A stretch of DNA of 63,949 bases, counting the filler, from Klebsormidium nitens (Eukaryota; Plantae; Klebsormidiophyceae): assembly GCA_000708835.1 (NCBI GenBank). It is 6 parts of 6 records of this genome, joined end to end, with 100 filler letters (N's around TTAATTAATTAA, not from the genome) between each part and the next. Parts side by side here need not be neighbours in the genome. Positions count along the whole stretch, not along the records: positions 24,546 to 29,452 come from DF237240.1; positions 29,553 to 59,371 come from DF237789.1; 4 more parts are not named here. One strand, 5' to 3'. Made by a program: the position numbers and the translations under genes. Under the pieces are notes generated by a model. The model made no database searches, was not told the DNA's origin, and saw only the letters and a program-made list of their open reading frames with translations. Shown here piece after piece: positions 24,700 to 35,535 of this stretch. The first letter of the stretch is position 1. Each line of letters starts with the position of its first letter.

Positions 24700-25230
24700 A
24701 CCAAAGGAAGGCTTGGTGCTTTGGGATCATCCAAAGTGTCCAAAGAGGACAGCTGAGGCATATCGAATCCAGCATCCATCATCGTTGAGCTGTGGTTTTA
24801 TGAAGCTTCTTTGTTCGACCGGTAACTACTAACTACCCGCAACTACCTTCTTGAGTTTGCAAAGGGCAGCTATAGACTTCATCTCAACTCGTACAAGACC
24901 GATAAAACACACGGGCCTCAAAAGCTCGACATACCAGTCCGACTTGGCAACGTAATTGCAAAAAAGTCTCTCCGTCTTTCCAAGAAAATACCTTCTAAGC
25001 CGAATGAGAACACCAGATGCCCCAATGGGGTCGGGATACTTGACCAAGTTTTTGGCGGCCATTTATCCTGATTCAAACATGGGATCGTGCCTCCTTCGGA
25101 AGATCACCGTTAGCAATGCAATGCGAGATGCTCCGAGCCTTTCTGAAAGAGACCAGCTCGCAAAATCCATGTTACACAAGCATCGATAGCGATGCGTTAC
25201 TATGAGGCAAGTACAGACCTGATGGAAGTC
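24700..25230 (+). pseudogene. Tyrosine recombinase of the Polinton-like-virus/large-DNA-virus type, multiply frameshifted
   Basis: Fragments across frames: NYLLEFAKGSYRLHLNSYKTDKTHGPQKLDIPVRLGNVI (24841-), SLSVFPRKYLL...MGSCLLRKITVS...ERDQLAKSMLH (24956-25189), and ASIAMRYYE. They supply the K (YKT), R (LLRK), H (MLH) and catalytic Y positions. Confidence 0.7.
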
Positions 25231-25281
25231 GCATCCAATTCTGAACGGTTGAAAACGTCCACTTGCCATTTGAAAGCTCGT

Positions 25282-25620
25282 TCAGGACACTTCGATACCT
25301 GCTGTGAACGAGCTCAACGGAACGGTTGGTGCTCTGAGATCCTCCAGCGTGTATATCGATGCTATTTGAGAAACGTCAAAGCCTGCGTCTGCTAAACGGA
25401 TTAGCGTCTGTTTGTGCAATCGTTTGGTGGTGCCGGAAAGGAGACGTTTGTAAGCTTTTTGCATGAGGATGCTCTCTTTGTTGCGATTGTAGTACCTTTT
25501 AACAATCTGTGCGTGCTGTTCGTGGTGCTCCTTCCGGTATGCACGGCTTGTTTCACACACTCGGCAACGGCATGGATGGGTGTTGGTGTCGGTCAAAGAC
25601 TCTGTATTGCATTGGACCAT
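25282..25620 (-). CDS. Small basic hypothetical protein (112 aa) with a CxCx2C motif
   Basis: ATG start, intact, divergent from the primase. Contains HPCRCRVC and KRYYNRNKESILMQKAY, a basic helix of a kind common in small viral proteins. Confidence 0.65.
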   Translation of the reverse strand: MVQCNTESLTDTNTHPCRCRVCETSRAYRKEHHEQHAQIVKRYYNRNKESILMQKAYKRLLSGTTKRLHKQTLIRLADAGFDVSQIASIYTLEDLRAPTVPLSSFTAGIEVS

Positions 25621-25727
25621 GATGATGCCCTACAACTAAGCTTCGAAAATAAGCAGTCGGAGAACGCGGTTGCCGATGATGCGCGTTCAAAAGGGTCCCA
25701 AAATTTCCTCACACGAGTGTAGACATC

Positions 25728-28586
25728 ATGGCCACAATCGGTGCTGTCCAAGCCAACGCCTCAGGACCTGGGGCATCCAAGTTGTCTAAGGGCCCAGGGG
25801 CCCAGGGCATTCGAGACGAGATCTTACGGCTCCGCGAAGCTGGGCTCCTCTCCATCCCAGTGCATCTTTTCTGGAACGGGGACGAAGGTAAAAAGGACGC
25901 AGATTTCCCTCACAAGTGGTGTCACATTACGGATTCCAAGTCGTGGGAAAACTCGATCGAAGCTGCTCTAGAGCAGAGGGCTCACGATGCCAACGGCGTA
26001 GCCATTCTGACGGGTCCGAGCCATATCTATGTGATTGACGTTGATGTTGTCAAAAAGAAGAACGGAACGCTTCCTGGAATGGACCTTTGGAGCCAACTCA
26101 TTGCTCGGCATGGAGAACCGCAGACCCTCAAAGCCCAATCAGGCTCAGGCGGTCAGCATTTTTTCTTTAAGGCTTCTACGCCGGGGCTAAAGTGCACCCG
26201 TAACTTTCAAACGGTCAAGGTGGATGGCAAAGTGTACGGTTTGGATGGACGCGGAATTGGTGGCCTGGTGTACGTCCAACCGGCAAGTTACATAAATGGT
26301 GAGGGCAAACTCGCAAGGTATCAATGGCTGAACGGCCCCCCGAGTTTTGATGCATGCAAGGAGATGGACCCTTGGATTGTCGAGCTCGTAAACAACCGCA
26401 ATAGCCAGCGCACAATGATGAGCGAAGACGAATGTGTGCCACGCAATGCACCGTTGGCGGCGTCAGAATCGGAGTGTGTTGAAGTCGAGCGCAATCAGCG
26501 GCCGACTACGAGCTCCGGGTCGCCACACATCAAAGACCTCTTGCTGGCACAATTTGCACAGATGCTAAAAGAGGCCGGCGATTCGACGAGCACATACGCC
26601 GGGTCGTTGTCGCGCGGCCTCTATGGGAGATACTATTGCTACCGGACGCATGGGCCTCGAAGGTGCTACTTTGGCCATATGCATTCGGGAAGCAACAACT
26701 TTAACTTGCTCAAAAGGGGTCGGAATGTCTACTATCGCTGTCATGGTGCTGAATGCAGCCACAAACCGGCCAAAAAGCTAGGGGTCTTGAGCGACCTCAA
26801 GGCCGCCTTGCAAGACGCAACCAGTGCGGCCGTGGACCCCCATGACGACATGCAGGTGGTCACTCAATACACCAGAGGGACTCGAGAGGTCCAGGACTTG
26901 CTGCTTAAGATCGTTGTGGAGCATGCTGCTCCTAAGGCGTATGTCAACTTGGGACGCCTCTTTGCCTATATGTACATGATCGAGGGCCGCATTCTGGCGA
27001 CCACCAATGATGCGGAGAAAAGTCGAGATTCGCACTTCTTTGTCTGGAACGGATCCTCGTGGGTGGAAGACAACTCAAATCTGGTTGCCAGCGTGTTCAC
27101 GTCTCAGATGGGTTGTTTGCTGGCATGGTATGAGAGAGAGCGAGAGAGGGTTTTGAGTACCTTGTACTCCAAGCACCCAGATTTGGAGGTCTTCCTGGTG
27201 GACGGCATCCTCTGAAAGCCTCTCAACATTGAAGAGGTCAATCCAAAGGTTCTAAAGAAGATCAAGATGGCCACAGAGGCGTGCATGAAGGAACGAGACG
27301 AGAGCATGCCTAGCTTTGGCAAAATCAACGTGCAGGACATTGTTGACGTTCGAAAGTGCATGCACTCTGTGGTCAACGAGCTGCACGTACCAAAATTGCT
27401 CGACATGTTTGATCAGGATCGTGCGGTTGCAAACGCGCCCAACGGATTGATCGATCTTCGAGCGGGGGTGCTCTTGCCCCATCATCCTCAAGACCTCTGC
27501 TACAATCAGACGAGCGAGTACATACCCGGCGCTTCATTGCGGCCCACCTCCAAATTCCGGACGTTTCTGATGGAAGTTCTCCCACCGGATGCAATTGATT
27601 GGCTCCAGATGTTTCTGGGATATTGCCTCACCGGCGAGACGTCGGAAGAGCTTTTTGTCATTGCAAACGGGTTGTCTGGAAGCAATGGAAAGGGAGTGTT
27701 GAAGCAAGCACTCCGGAAGGCATTCGGAAGCTACAATTGCGCCGGGAACAAGGCCATATTCATCAAGCCAACGTTCAAGGCAAACGCTTCCGCAGCATCA
27801 ACCCATCTCATGCAGATTCGGACCAAGAGGCTTGTGACAAACGATGAATCCGAAGGGGTTGAAGAGCTCCATGCATCGTTTGTGAAGGAGGCAAGCGGCG
27901 GCGGCGAGCTCGATGCGCGCGAACTCTTTTGCAAGCCACAAAACTACGTTCCCCAATTCAAGCTGTGTCTCTTCACCAACTTCAGGCCCCACTTTCCAAG
28001 CGACGATACCGCCTTGATCCGACGGATTGTGCTCATCATGTTCAACTATACATTCAAAAGTCCTGACGAGCTCGATGCTTCCAATAGGTGGCACAAGCCC
28101 ATCGATCTGAGTCTTAAACCCTACTTTGAGTCGGACGAGGGGGCCGCAGACACTCTGGACTTTTGCGTTCGAGGGGCGATCATGTACTATGCCAAGAAGG
28201 CGCTTGCACCCACTGCAAGGGTCCTGTCTCCAATCCCCGTGGCATTCAAAGCGGCAGCAGACGAATACGCCGGAGAGAATGACAAGCTTCAAGCGTTCAT
28301 AGACGAGGTTTGTACAAAATCTCCTTTTAAAGAAGGCCCCACTGCGAAGATTGCCAAATCTGATTTTGTCGAGGCCTTTAAGAACTTTTTGTATGCTGGT
28401 GGGCACGACGTGGGCCTGGCGGGTGATGGGTTGTCGAGGGCAATGCGCTTAAAGGGGTACTTGCAACAACCGCCCGATGGTGGAAAAGCCTTCATGGTCA
28501 GAACGATTGATGGTAGATCCCGAGGCAGAGGCTTTTTTGGTATCCGTCTGAAGACAGAGGAGGAACTTAGGGCCGAAGAGAATTGA
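25728..28586 (+). pseudogene. Bifunctional Prim-Pol primase / Zn-binding / D5-like SF3 helicase (952 codons, single in-frame TGA at 27213-27215)
   Basis: Prim-Pol motifs NGVAILTG, YVIDVD, SGSGGQHFFF and DGRGIGGLVYVQPAS. Zn-like RRCYFGHMH...YYRCHGAEC. D5_N-like NAPNGLIDLRAG. Walker A GLSGSNGKG, Walker B LVTNDES, KEASGGGELDARELF and LFTNFRP. ORFs 25728-27215 and 27267-28586 share one frame. Confidence 0.93.
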
Positions 28587-28600
28587 AGGCGGGCAATTGA

Positions 28601-29081
28601 GTGCTGATACAACATGATACACGAATGTGGTCATTTTAAATGGATGTGTATCAGCACCAAATATTCGGGCTTTCCTTCCGTGCCGTGCCTTTTTTACGGC
28701 AATTTGGCTTCTTGATGCGTCAAGAAGTATTGATGAGGTTGCGGCAAATTGCACTTGTGGTGCCTACCGCGGAAAAGGTGCACTTTTTGAGCTGATACAG
28801 GTGATACAAGATACACTATCAAAGTGTATAGAGATTTTTTCCATTTTTTTTTAATTGCTTTATATAGAGACGCTCGCCGTGAAAACGTGTATCAACTGTC
28901 TCATTTGTATTAGACCACAACCCACCCCATTGCAACATGATTTGCACGGGAAAGTCCGAAACCACGGCCTTTGGCGGTGCGGAAAGGCCATTGCAGTTGT
29001 TTTTATCGTCGATCAAAGACACGCCTTGTATCCTTCTGGGACATGATACAGAACGGAAATTGTGTATCAATGTTTGTATCA
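28601..29081. repeat. Heptamer iteron-like array (TGATACA/TGTATCA x9), candidate replication origin
   Basis: Forward copies at 28605, 28615, 28793, 28802 and 29044; reverse copies at 28647, 28888, 29063 and 29075; one-mismatch copies at 28809 and 29027. T-rich tract at ~28835-28866. 11-bp inverted repeat 28601-28611/28647-28657; hairpin 28708-28727. The repeat is certain; its function is inferred. Confidence 0.85.
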
Positions 29082-29119
29082 TAGTTGAGACGGTCCAGAA
29101 GTGCAACGAATTGCCGTCT

Positions 29120-29452
29120 CTACCCTAGCAAGAGCCTCCGGGAGATGGCCGCCGTCCAAGCAGCCGCCGCAATTGCAATGCTAAACTTGGCGTCATCGAC
29201 CCGCCGCAAAGAGCTGTTGTAACCGCCAAGGAGCAGAGGCAGGATCACCATAAAGCTCTCAAGCCCGGAGTACCACCCCAGACTCCTGAACCCCTTGAGA
29301 AAGGAGTTGACGGACTCCACGGCCGATGATGTGTTCACCCAGTGCAGGGCGTTGTAGTTGTCGGGGCAATTCGAGGGGCCACACTTATGGACTTCGGCTC
29401 TAGCCTTTGCGTAGTGGAACCTGCGCATAAAAAGGTGTACATTATGAAGCGG
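29120..29452 (-). pseudogene. 3' end of a probable KDZ (Kyakuja-Dileera-Zisupton/HMGXB3-like) transposase, cut by a gap
   Basis: RFH...VHKC...Y...VNTSSAVESVNSFL...RS...Y...FM matches the FH..H..C...N(S/T)..(A)E..NS.L C-terminal pattern of this group. Confidence 0.55.
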
Positions 29453-29799
29453 NNNNNNNNNNNNNNNNNNNNNNNNNNNNNNNNNNNNNNNNNNNNTTAA
29501 TTAATTAANNNNNNNNNNNNNNNNNNNNNNNNNNNNNNNNNNNNNNNNNNNNATGGATAGGGACATGGACGTAAAATCCGCCGTTTTGATTGGGCTGCGT
29601 GTCAAAAGTACCACGTGTCGAACCTAGACCGGGGTCCGAGTCGCCGAAAATAATGATGATGCAACGTCATTTGGTCGTCTTTGAATGACTTTCTAGAGAT
29701 CGGACGGTCATAGTCAATCAATTTCTGTATCCAACGGTCGCCGGGGCGCCGTTTGATATTGTCGATTTTGTCTTATAAAAGCGGTCAGACCAAGGGGTA

Positions 29800-30246
29800 C
29801 GTCGCATGCGACCGCTACATTTCTGGTTCCGCGACAATGTGGCGGTCCCGAGACCAAACCCTCGTCGGATGCCACCGCCACTCGGTCAAAATTTTGGAAA
29901 GTACAATTCGATCGCGCGATCGGACCATCAAAACCGCCAGAATGTGGCTGGCGGTTTGGGGGTCCTCCTAGAATCTGGCGGTTCCGACATTCTCAACCGA
30001 GGACTCCTAATGACTGAAATTGCAGACTGGAAGTACCCGGTACCATATCGGTAATTATCAATATTTTTCTTCGCGATTAAAATCTTTAATTTGGAATTAA
30101 ATCTGACGACTCACCGCCAGCTATCGAACGCACCGTCGAAAGTTGTACCTTCTCAACGATCCGTCCGTACCGTATTCGTAAAGCCTGACCCGAAGTCAAC
30201 CCACCACAATCTGGCGGAAATGTAATTGTAGCGGTCGCATGCGACG
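29800..30246. mobile_element. MITE-like element
   Basis: Perfect 20-bp inverted repeats at 29800-29819 and 30227-30246 (CGTCGCATGCGACCGCTACA). Flanks are TA on the left and CA on the right. Confidence 0.55.
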
Positions 30247-33200
30247 CAGCCCCAAGACACCCGTTCCACTAGCGGCCGGCAGAACATTTTAAATTCTGTG
30301 ATTGGCTGAATATTGCTCTAGGTCAACTACCGGACTTCCGGGCAAATAAATTCATTCTCGCAGTCGACCCCAATAAGTTCGGACGATCAGGATTGCAAGT
30401 TGTTGATTTTTACGATTCAGAGCCGTCGAGCGTCGATATCGACTGCCGTAAAGTTACGTCAGCGCCCAGCACTTTGCGCGCTAGCACTGCAAATGACTGG
30501 GGCACTCCTTGAAATCGAGGGTGCGCCGCATCATCTGGCGCTGCGCGCGACGATATATCATGGGTTTCAAGCGGTCAGATAACATTTTACGAATCCAACG
30601 GTGCCAAACTTTCGAGTGTTTTTCAGCAACCGCCGTGCCGACAACTAACCAACTGATCGTTGGCCAAAAACCGGCCAACCGCAGCGCGCCACGTGTCCCC
30701 CCTCTCGCGCGGCTCGCGATCGGGCCGGAATGACCAGCGGGTGGCAGAAAACGCCTGCCCGGTAAACCGTTTTTCCGGTGCATTGGGTTTGTGGGAAAAT
30801 CCTGGGGTTTTTGTGACGCGGTTTGACCACGATCTGCAACTGACCAACTGATGCGGCATTCTGATAACGTATACCGTACCGTACGGTACAAAGTTCCAAC
30901 TTGGTTGAACCGTTCGGGGCCCGGGCCTGGCGCCCCCAACAGACTCATAGGTTATTCGCACCTGGATTTATTTTTGACGCCGCCGACGTACCACTATCCT
31001 GTCCCGGCTCTTCACGGGAAAATAAAAACCACCAAGAGGGTTCCTTGACACCAAGACGGACCAAGTCGGAACAGGGATTGTATAAGAGGTCTCTGACGTC
31101 ACTAACCATAGGGTCCGGAAAATAATAAAAGACGTCACTTTAGAATTGACTAGAATACTCGATACTTTTCCCGCTTATACCTTAGAACTTTCCTGATTTA
31201 ACCAGAAGGCTAAGGACGGTTGTAGAGTNNNNNNNNNNNNNNNNNNNNNNNNNNNNNNNNNNNNNNNNNNNNNNNNNNNNNNNNNNNNNNNNNNNNNNNN
31301 NNNNNNNNNNNNNNNNNNNNNNNNNNNNNNNNNNNNNNNNNNNNNNNNNNNNNNNNNNNNNNNNNNNNNNNNNNNNNNNNNNNNNNNNNNNNNNNNNNNN
31401 NNNNNNNNNNNNNNNNNNNNNNNNNNNNNNNNNNNNNNNNNNNNNNNNNNNNNNNNNNNNNNNNNNNNNNNNNNNNNNNNNNNNNNNNNNNNNNNNNNNN
31501 NNNNNNNNNNNNNNNNNNNNNNNNNNNNNNNNNNNNNNNNNNNNNNNNNNNNNNNNNNNNNNNNNNNNNNNNNNNNNNNNNNNNNNNNNNNNNNNNNNNN
31601 NNNNNNNNNNNNNNNNNNNNNNNNNNNNNNNNNNNNNNNNNNNNNNNNNNNNNNNNNNNNNNNNNNNNNNNNNNNNNNNNNNNNNNNNNNNNNNNNNNNN
31701 NNNNNNNNNNNNNNNNNNNNNNNNNNNNNNNNNNNNNNNNNNNNNNNNNNNNNNNNNNNNNNNNNNNNNNNNNNNNNNNNNNNNNNNNNNNNNNNNNNNN
31801 NNNNNNNNNNNNNNNNNNNNNNNNNNNNNNNNNNNNNNNNNNNNNNNNNNNNNNNNNNNNNNNNNNNNNNNNNNNNNNNNNNNNNNNNNNNNNNNNNNNN
31901 NNNNNNNNNNNNNNNNNNNNNNNNNNNNNNNNNNNNNNNNNNNNNNNNNNNNNNNNATCAGGCTGGAACCCTACCCCTAAGTTGCCAGGGCCAACTTCTG
32001 TTCAAGTCATAGTCCGAGTCGGGGCAGGCTCGGAGAGTCGGAACTACCTTTCAGCGATGTGTGTAGGCTGTAGCTCCCTAAACGTCTGATTCAGGCTTTG
32101 GAAGTACTTTCTCGGCCACGTGGATCTTTCCTAATTGTTTGAGTCAGGCTCGGAGTCGGAATGTCGGAAACACTTTACGATATCTGCCACGTGGAGCTTC
32201 CCTAGTTGTCTGAGTCAGGCCTTTCCGGATTTGTAGCTCGCTGGGACATCTGAGTCAGGCCTCTCTCTAAAGTCTAAAGAGCAGCTACAGCAGTGTTCGG
32301 AACCGCTCAACCGTCTAATGGAGCTTGCTCAGAGCCTCAGACGTCTGACTGAGGCTTTTCATTGGAGACTTTTCCTTGGTGTCCAGCTTGTCCGCCTTCT
32401 CTGCCAGGCTGTTGGACGGTTGAAAAACTGCACCTACAAAAAGAGGTCCTGCCATTTCATTCACCCAGCACGATTTTCTCAGCTCATTCCTCAGCACGAG
32501 CTTCTTAGCTTTTGACTCAAGCTTCCAACTCAGGATGCACAATCAGACAGCTGCTAAAGAGCGCCAGCGAGGCGCTAGCGGGATCAACGCACATTTTTAG
32601 AGCTGCGCACCAGCAGATGCTTGAGCCATTTTTTTGGCTCCCTGTCAAGGATTTCTTGGAAACGTCCTGCTCAAGAGCGCTGGAGAAGCTCATACAAGGT
32701 GAGGGGCGCTTGTTGGAGCGTGCAGATCCAGACCGCTTGTCGTGGGAGCGTGCAAGCTGCAGTCTCAATCATCTTTGCCAAAAAAGCAAAAGAAACTCTT
32801 GACTGGTGGTGGTGTATGTATGCTGGGGATGCCCCGGGCTGAAGCATCCCTGCATACACTATCAGCTCCAAACAGACAGAACAGTGGACATGCATCTATC
32901 TCCAGCAGCAGATGCGCAGCAGTCCTTGAGCCGATTGGCTCGCTGTCAAGGGTTTCTTGTCAAGGACAGCTAGAAAGGCTGTGAGTGCGCCGCTCGGTGG
33001 AGGGTGCAGACTTAGAACTCTCGTATGAGTGGAAACCTCCAAGCTGCTTGTTGTCAAACACGTTTGCAACTTATGCGATGTTGCTCGACTGTGTTGTGTT
33101 ACTTTGCAGGAAACTAGATCAAAGAGCTAAGAATCTGCATTGGTTCTTAAGCCTGGGCATCAGATTGTGGAGTGCCAGCTTTTTTAGCTCGTGGCCTCTG

Positions 33201-34187
33201 TTTTAGTTAGGCGCGCGCACCCATACGAGTTCTTGGGGCTCTCGAGGCATGGCGCCGGTTCGCTGCGATCGCCCATTCACCTCGCGATCCTCTCCGCCCG
33301 CAGGATCCGGACATGGCGCCCCCGACGGAAACACCTGGGCCGGCCCAGCGCACCCCTGATGCAGCCCAGCGCTCCCCTCCCGGTGTGGGCGGCGCGCTCT
33401 CCCTCTCGGCAGTCAAGATCCTCGTCGGGAGCGCGCTCAAGCGGACGCCCGTACAAGGGAACCGCGTCTTTTGAAGGAACGCGGGCCGCGTGTGCAGGCT
33501 GGCGAGAGAGCAGTGCGGACCGGCGGGCCTTCTCTGGACGGAGGCAGCCTGGCGTGGTGCCTTGGAGGCCGTCATGAGCGGCCTCGAGGGGCTGGTTGAG
33601 GCCCCAGAGTCTGCACTGCTGGAGGGCTTTGGGCGCATTGTCGCATCAACAGCTGCGGCGCACCTTGAGGGGCTGAAGCAGCGGGGCACCGTGCGCGCTG
33701 CGCGCAGGGCCCGCAGAGCTAAGGTCGCAAGCGGAAGCCCCAGATTTCCACCTTCTGTGGGGCGGCCAGAAGGCATTGAGCAACTTGGGAGGAAAGCAGG
33801 TGAGGATGTGATTGCTTCCGTGGTTGCATTCTCATTCCGTCTGCGTCTCAACCTGCCAGGGCAGCGCTTCCAGCGAGGGGGAGGATGCAGTGCTCTCGTG
33901 AAGGCAGCTCATAGAATGGCCGCTCGAGCTCCATCTCCGTCCCTCCCTTGCAGACCCGCATAGTCTTTGTTGCCACGTGTTGTTGCCACGTGTGCGGCGC
34001 AACCGCAGTGTACGGGCTTCGAGGAAGCAAGGAAGGGGGGGTAGTCCAGTACTTCTGCAAAGAACATGACCACTCGACTGGAAGCTTCCGCATCAACAGA
34101 GATCGCGCATGTAAGGCATGTCGCCATCTCGAGCGGCGCCACTGAGGCCCGTGAGGCTCTAAACTGTTGGAGCACTGCGTCATCCAT

Positions 34188-34390
34188 GAAGGTGTCCGAG
34201 TGTCCGAGTTGTTGACACACCTTTTTGAAGGGAGTCTCTTTGGTGACGTCAGCAGCCATCCCCGGCAATTTCTTCTGTAATTCACGGCACGAAGGTGTCC
34301 GAGTGTCCGAGCTTTCGACGCACCTTTTTGAAAAAAGCCTCTCTGGTGACGTCAGCAGCCATTCCGGCACTTTTTTCCGCCCGTAATCGA
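34188..34390. repeat. ~103-bp tandem duplication
   Basis: GAAGGTGTCCGAGTGTCCGAG...GGTGACGTCAGCAGCCAT starts at 34188 and again at 34291. Confidence 0.85.
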
Positions 34391-35535
34391 TGGCTTTAAA
34401 GTTTTTGGCCAATTGCAAAGCACAAGAAGCCTTTCTGCGCCTGCAGCTTGGGTGGAGATGTGGCGCATAAAGGCGGAGCTTGCCAGACTCAAAGCCGAGC
34501 TGCGGGAATTTGGGGGCGCACCATCGAGCGCAGAGAAGGAGCGATCCCGAACAAGTGAGCGTCGCGTGCAGTTTGCGGGGGCAGTTTCGAGGGGCGATGC
34601 TTTCGGGGCACTTTTCGGGGGCAGTTTTTTGGAAGGGGGGGGACAGTTTTGAGCCTTTCTCGAGATGCACCGCAGGGCCGACGCTTACTTGTGGTTAATA
34701 CTGAGCGCATATCATGATCTTTTATCAAGTGCTGCAGAGAGAAATGGGAGTTTTGGTACCCCGCCCCAAACAAGATGTCTGCACGAGCATGCGGCAAGCT
34801 TGCTGTCAACCATTCTGAACATTCGTTTTGCCGTTTGCAGCTCGCAACGCGCCTGGGCAAAACGCGATGTTCTATGATTTGACGCCCAAAAGCATCGCTC
34901 TCATAGGTGAGAAACAAGCCGGCTGCGCTATCTTTGGGAGCATGCAATTGGTGCATACGGGTCTTGATGGTTGTCTACTGTTCCTAAGTTGCCTGAGTTG
35001 TTTGGTCAAGAATCGTACGCCCAGAAAAACGACTCGCCGTTGTATTGTCCTCTGCGCAGGGACCCTTTTGGCAACCGGCTGCGTGGAGTTGAATCCCGGG
35101 CCTGTGGAGGACGAGGTGTCCGCAACCCCGGGGACCCGCAATGGCGCGCCGCTCGTTCATTTGTCCTCTCATGAGGTTAGCCCCTTGCCTTTAGTCCTTT
35201 AAGTGTGTCTCGTGCCATATCCCTTACAAGCGTCCGTCTTTTTTGAGTAGCTCGTCGAAAGAAGTTCTTTTGCTGGCTACTGGATGCGGATTCTTATGCA
35301 CTTTGCAAGGTGATGAGTGTGATGTTTGATAAGCCTTCTATTTGAGCTATCCATGAGCTAAACATTTCGGCTTGCATCAAGTGCACCTTCCAAAAGCAAC
35401 TATCCTTCACGTTGTGCACAGATGTTGTCTGGACCGGAACCCAGTTCCAGTGAAGGAGAGGGCGACGAAAGATCCTCAGACGGCAGCGACCAGTAAGAGT
35501 CGCCGCATCACTTCCCTCAAGACGAGGATGACAGT

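Larger units (their letters stand above)
24546..29081. mobile_element. Integrated satellite-like or virus-derived element: tyrosine recombinase + small ORF + primase-helicase + iteron array
   Basis: Intronless, tightly packed virus-type ORFs with a 107-bp divergent intergenic region and a repeat array directly after the helicase. The left end is hidden by a gap; the right side abuts a transposase 3' end. Confidence 0.7.

Noticed and set aside
25728-28586. Interpretation as a Helitron or host replicative primase
   Set aside because: There are no HUH Rep motifs or PIF1/SF1 helicase motifs. The helicase is SF3/D5-type and intronless, which points to a viral or plasmid-type origin.
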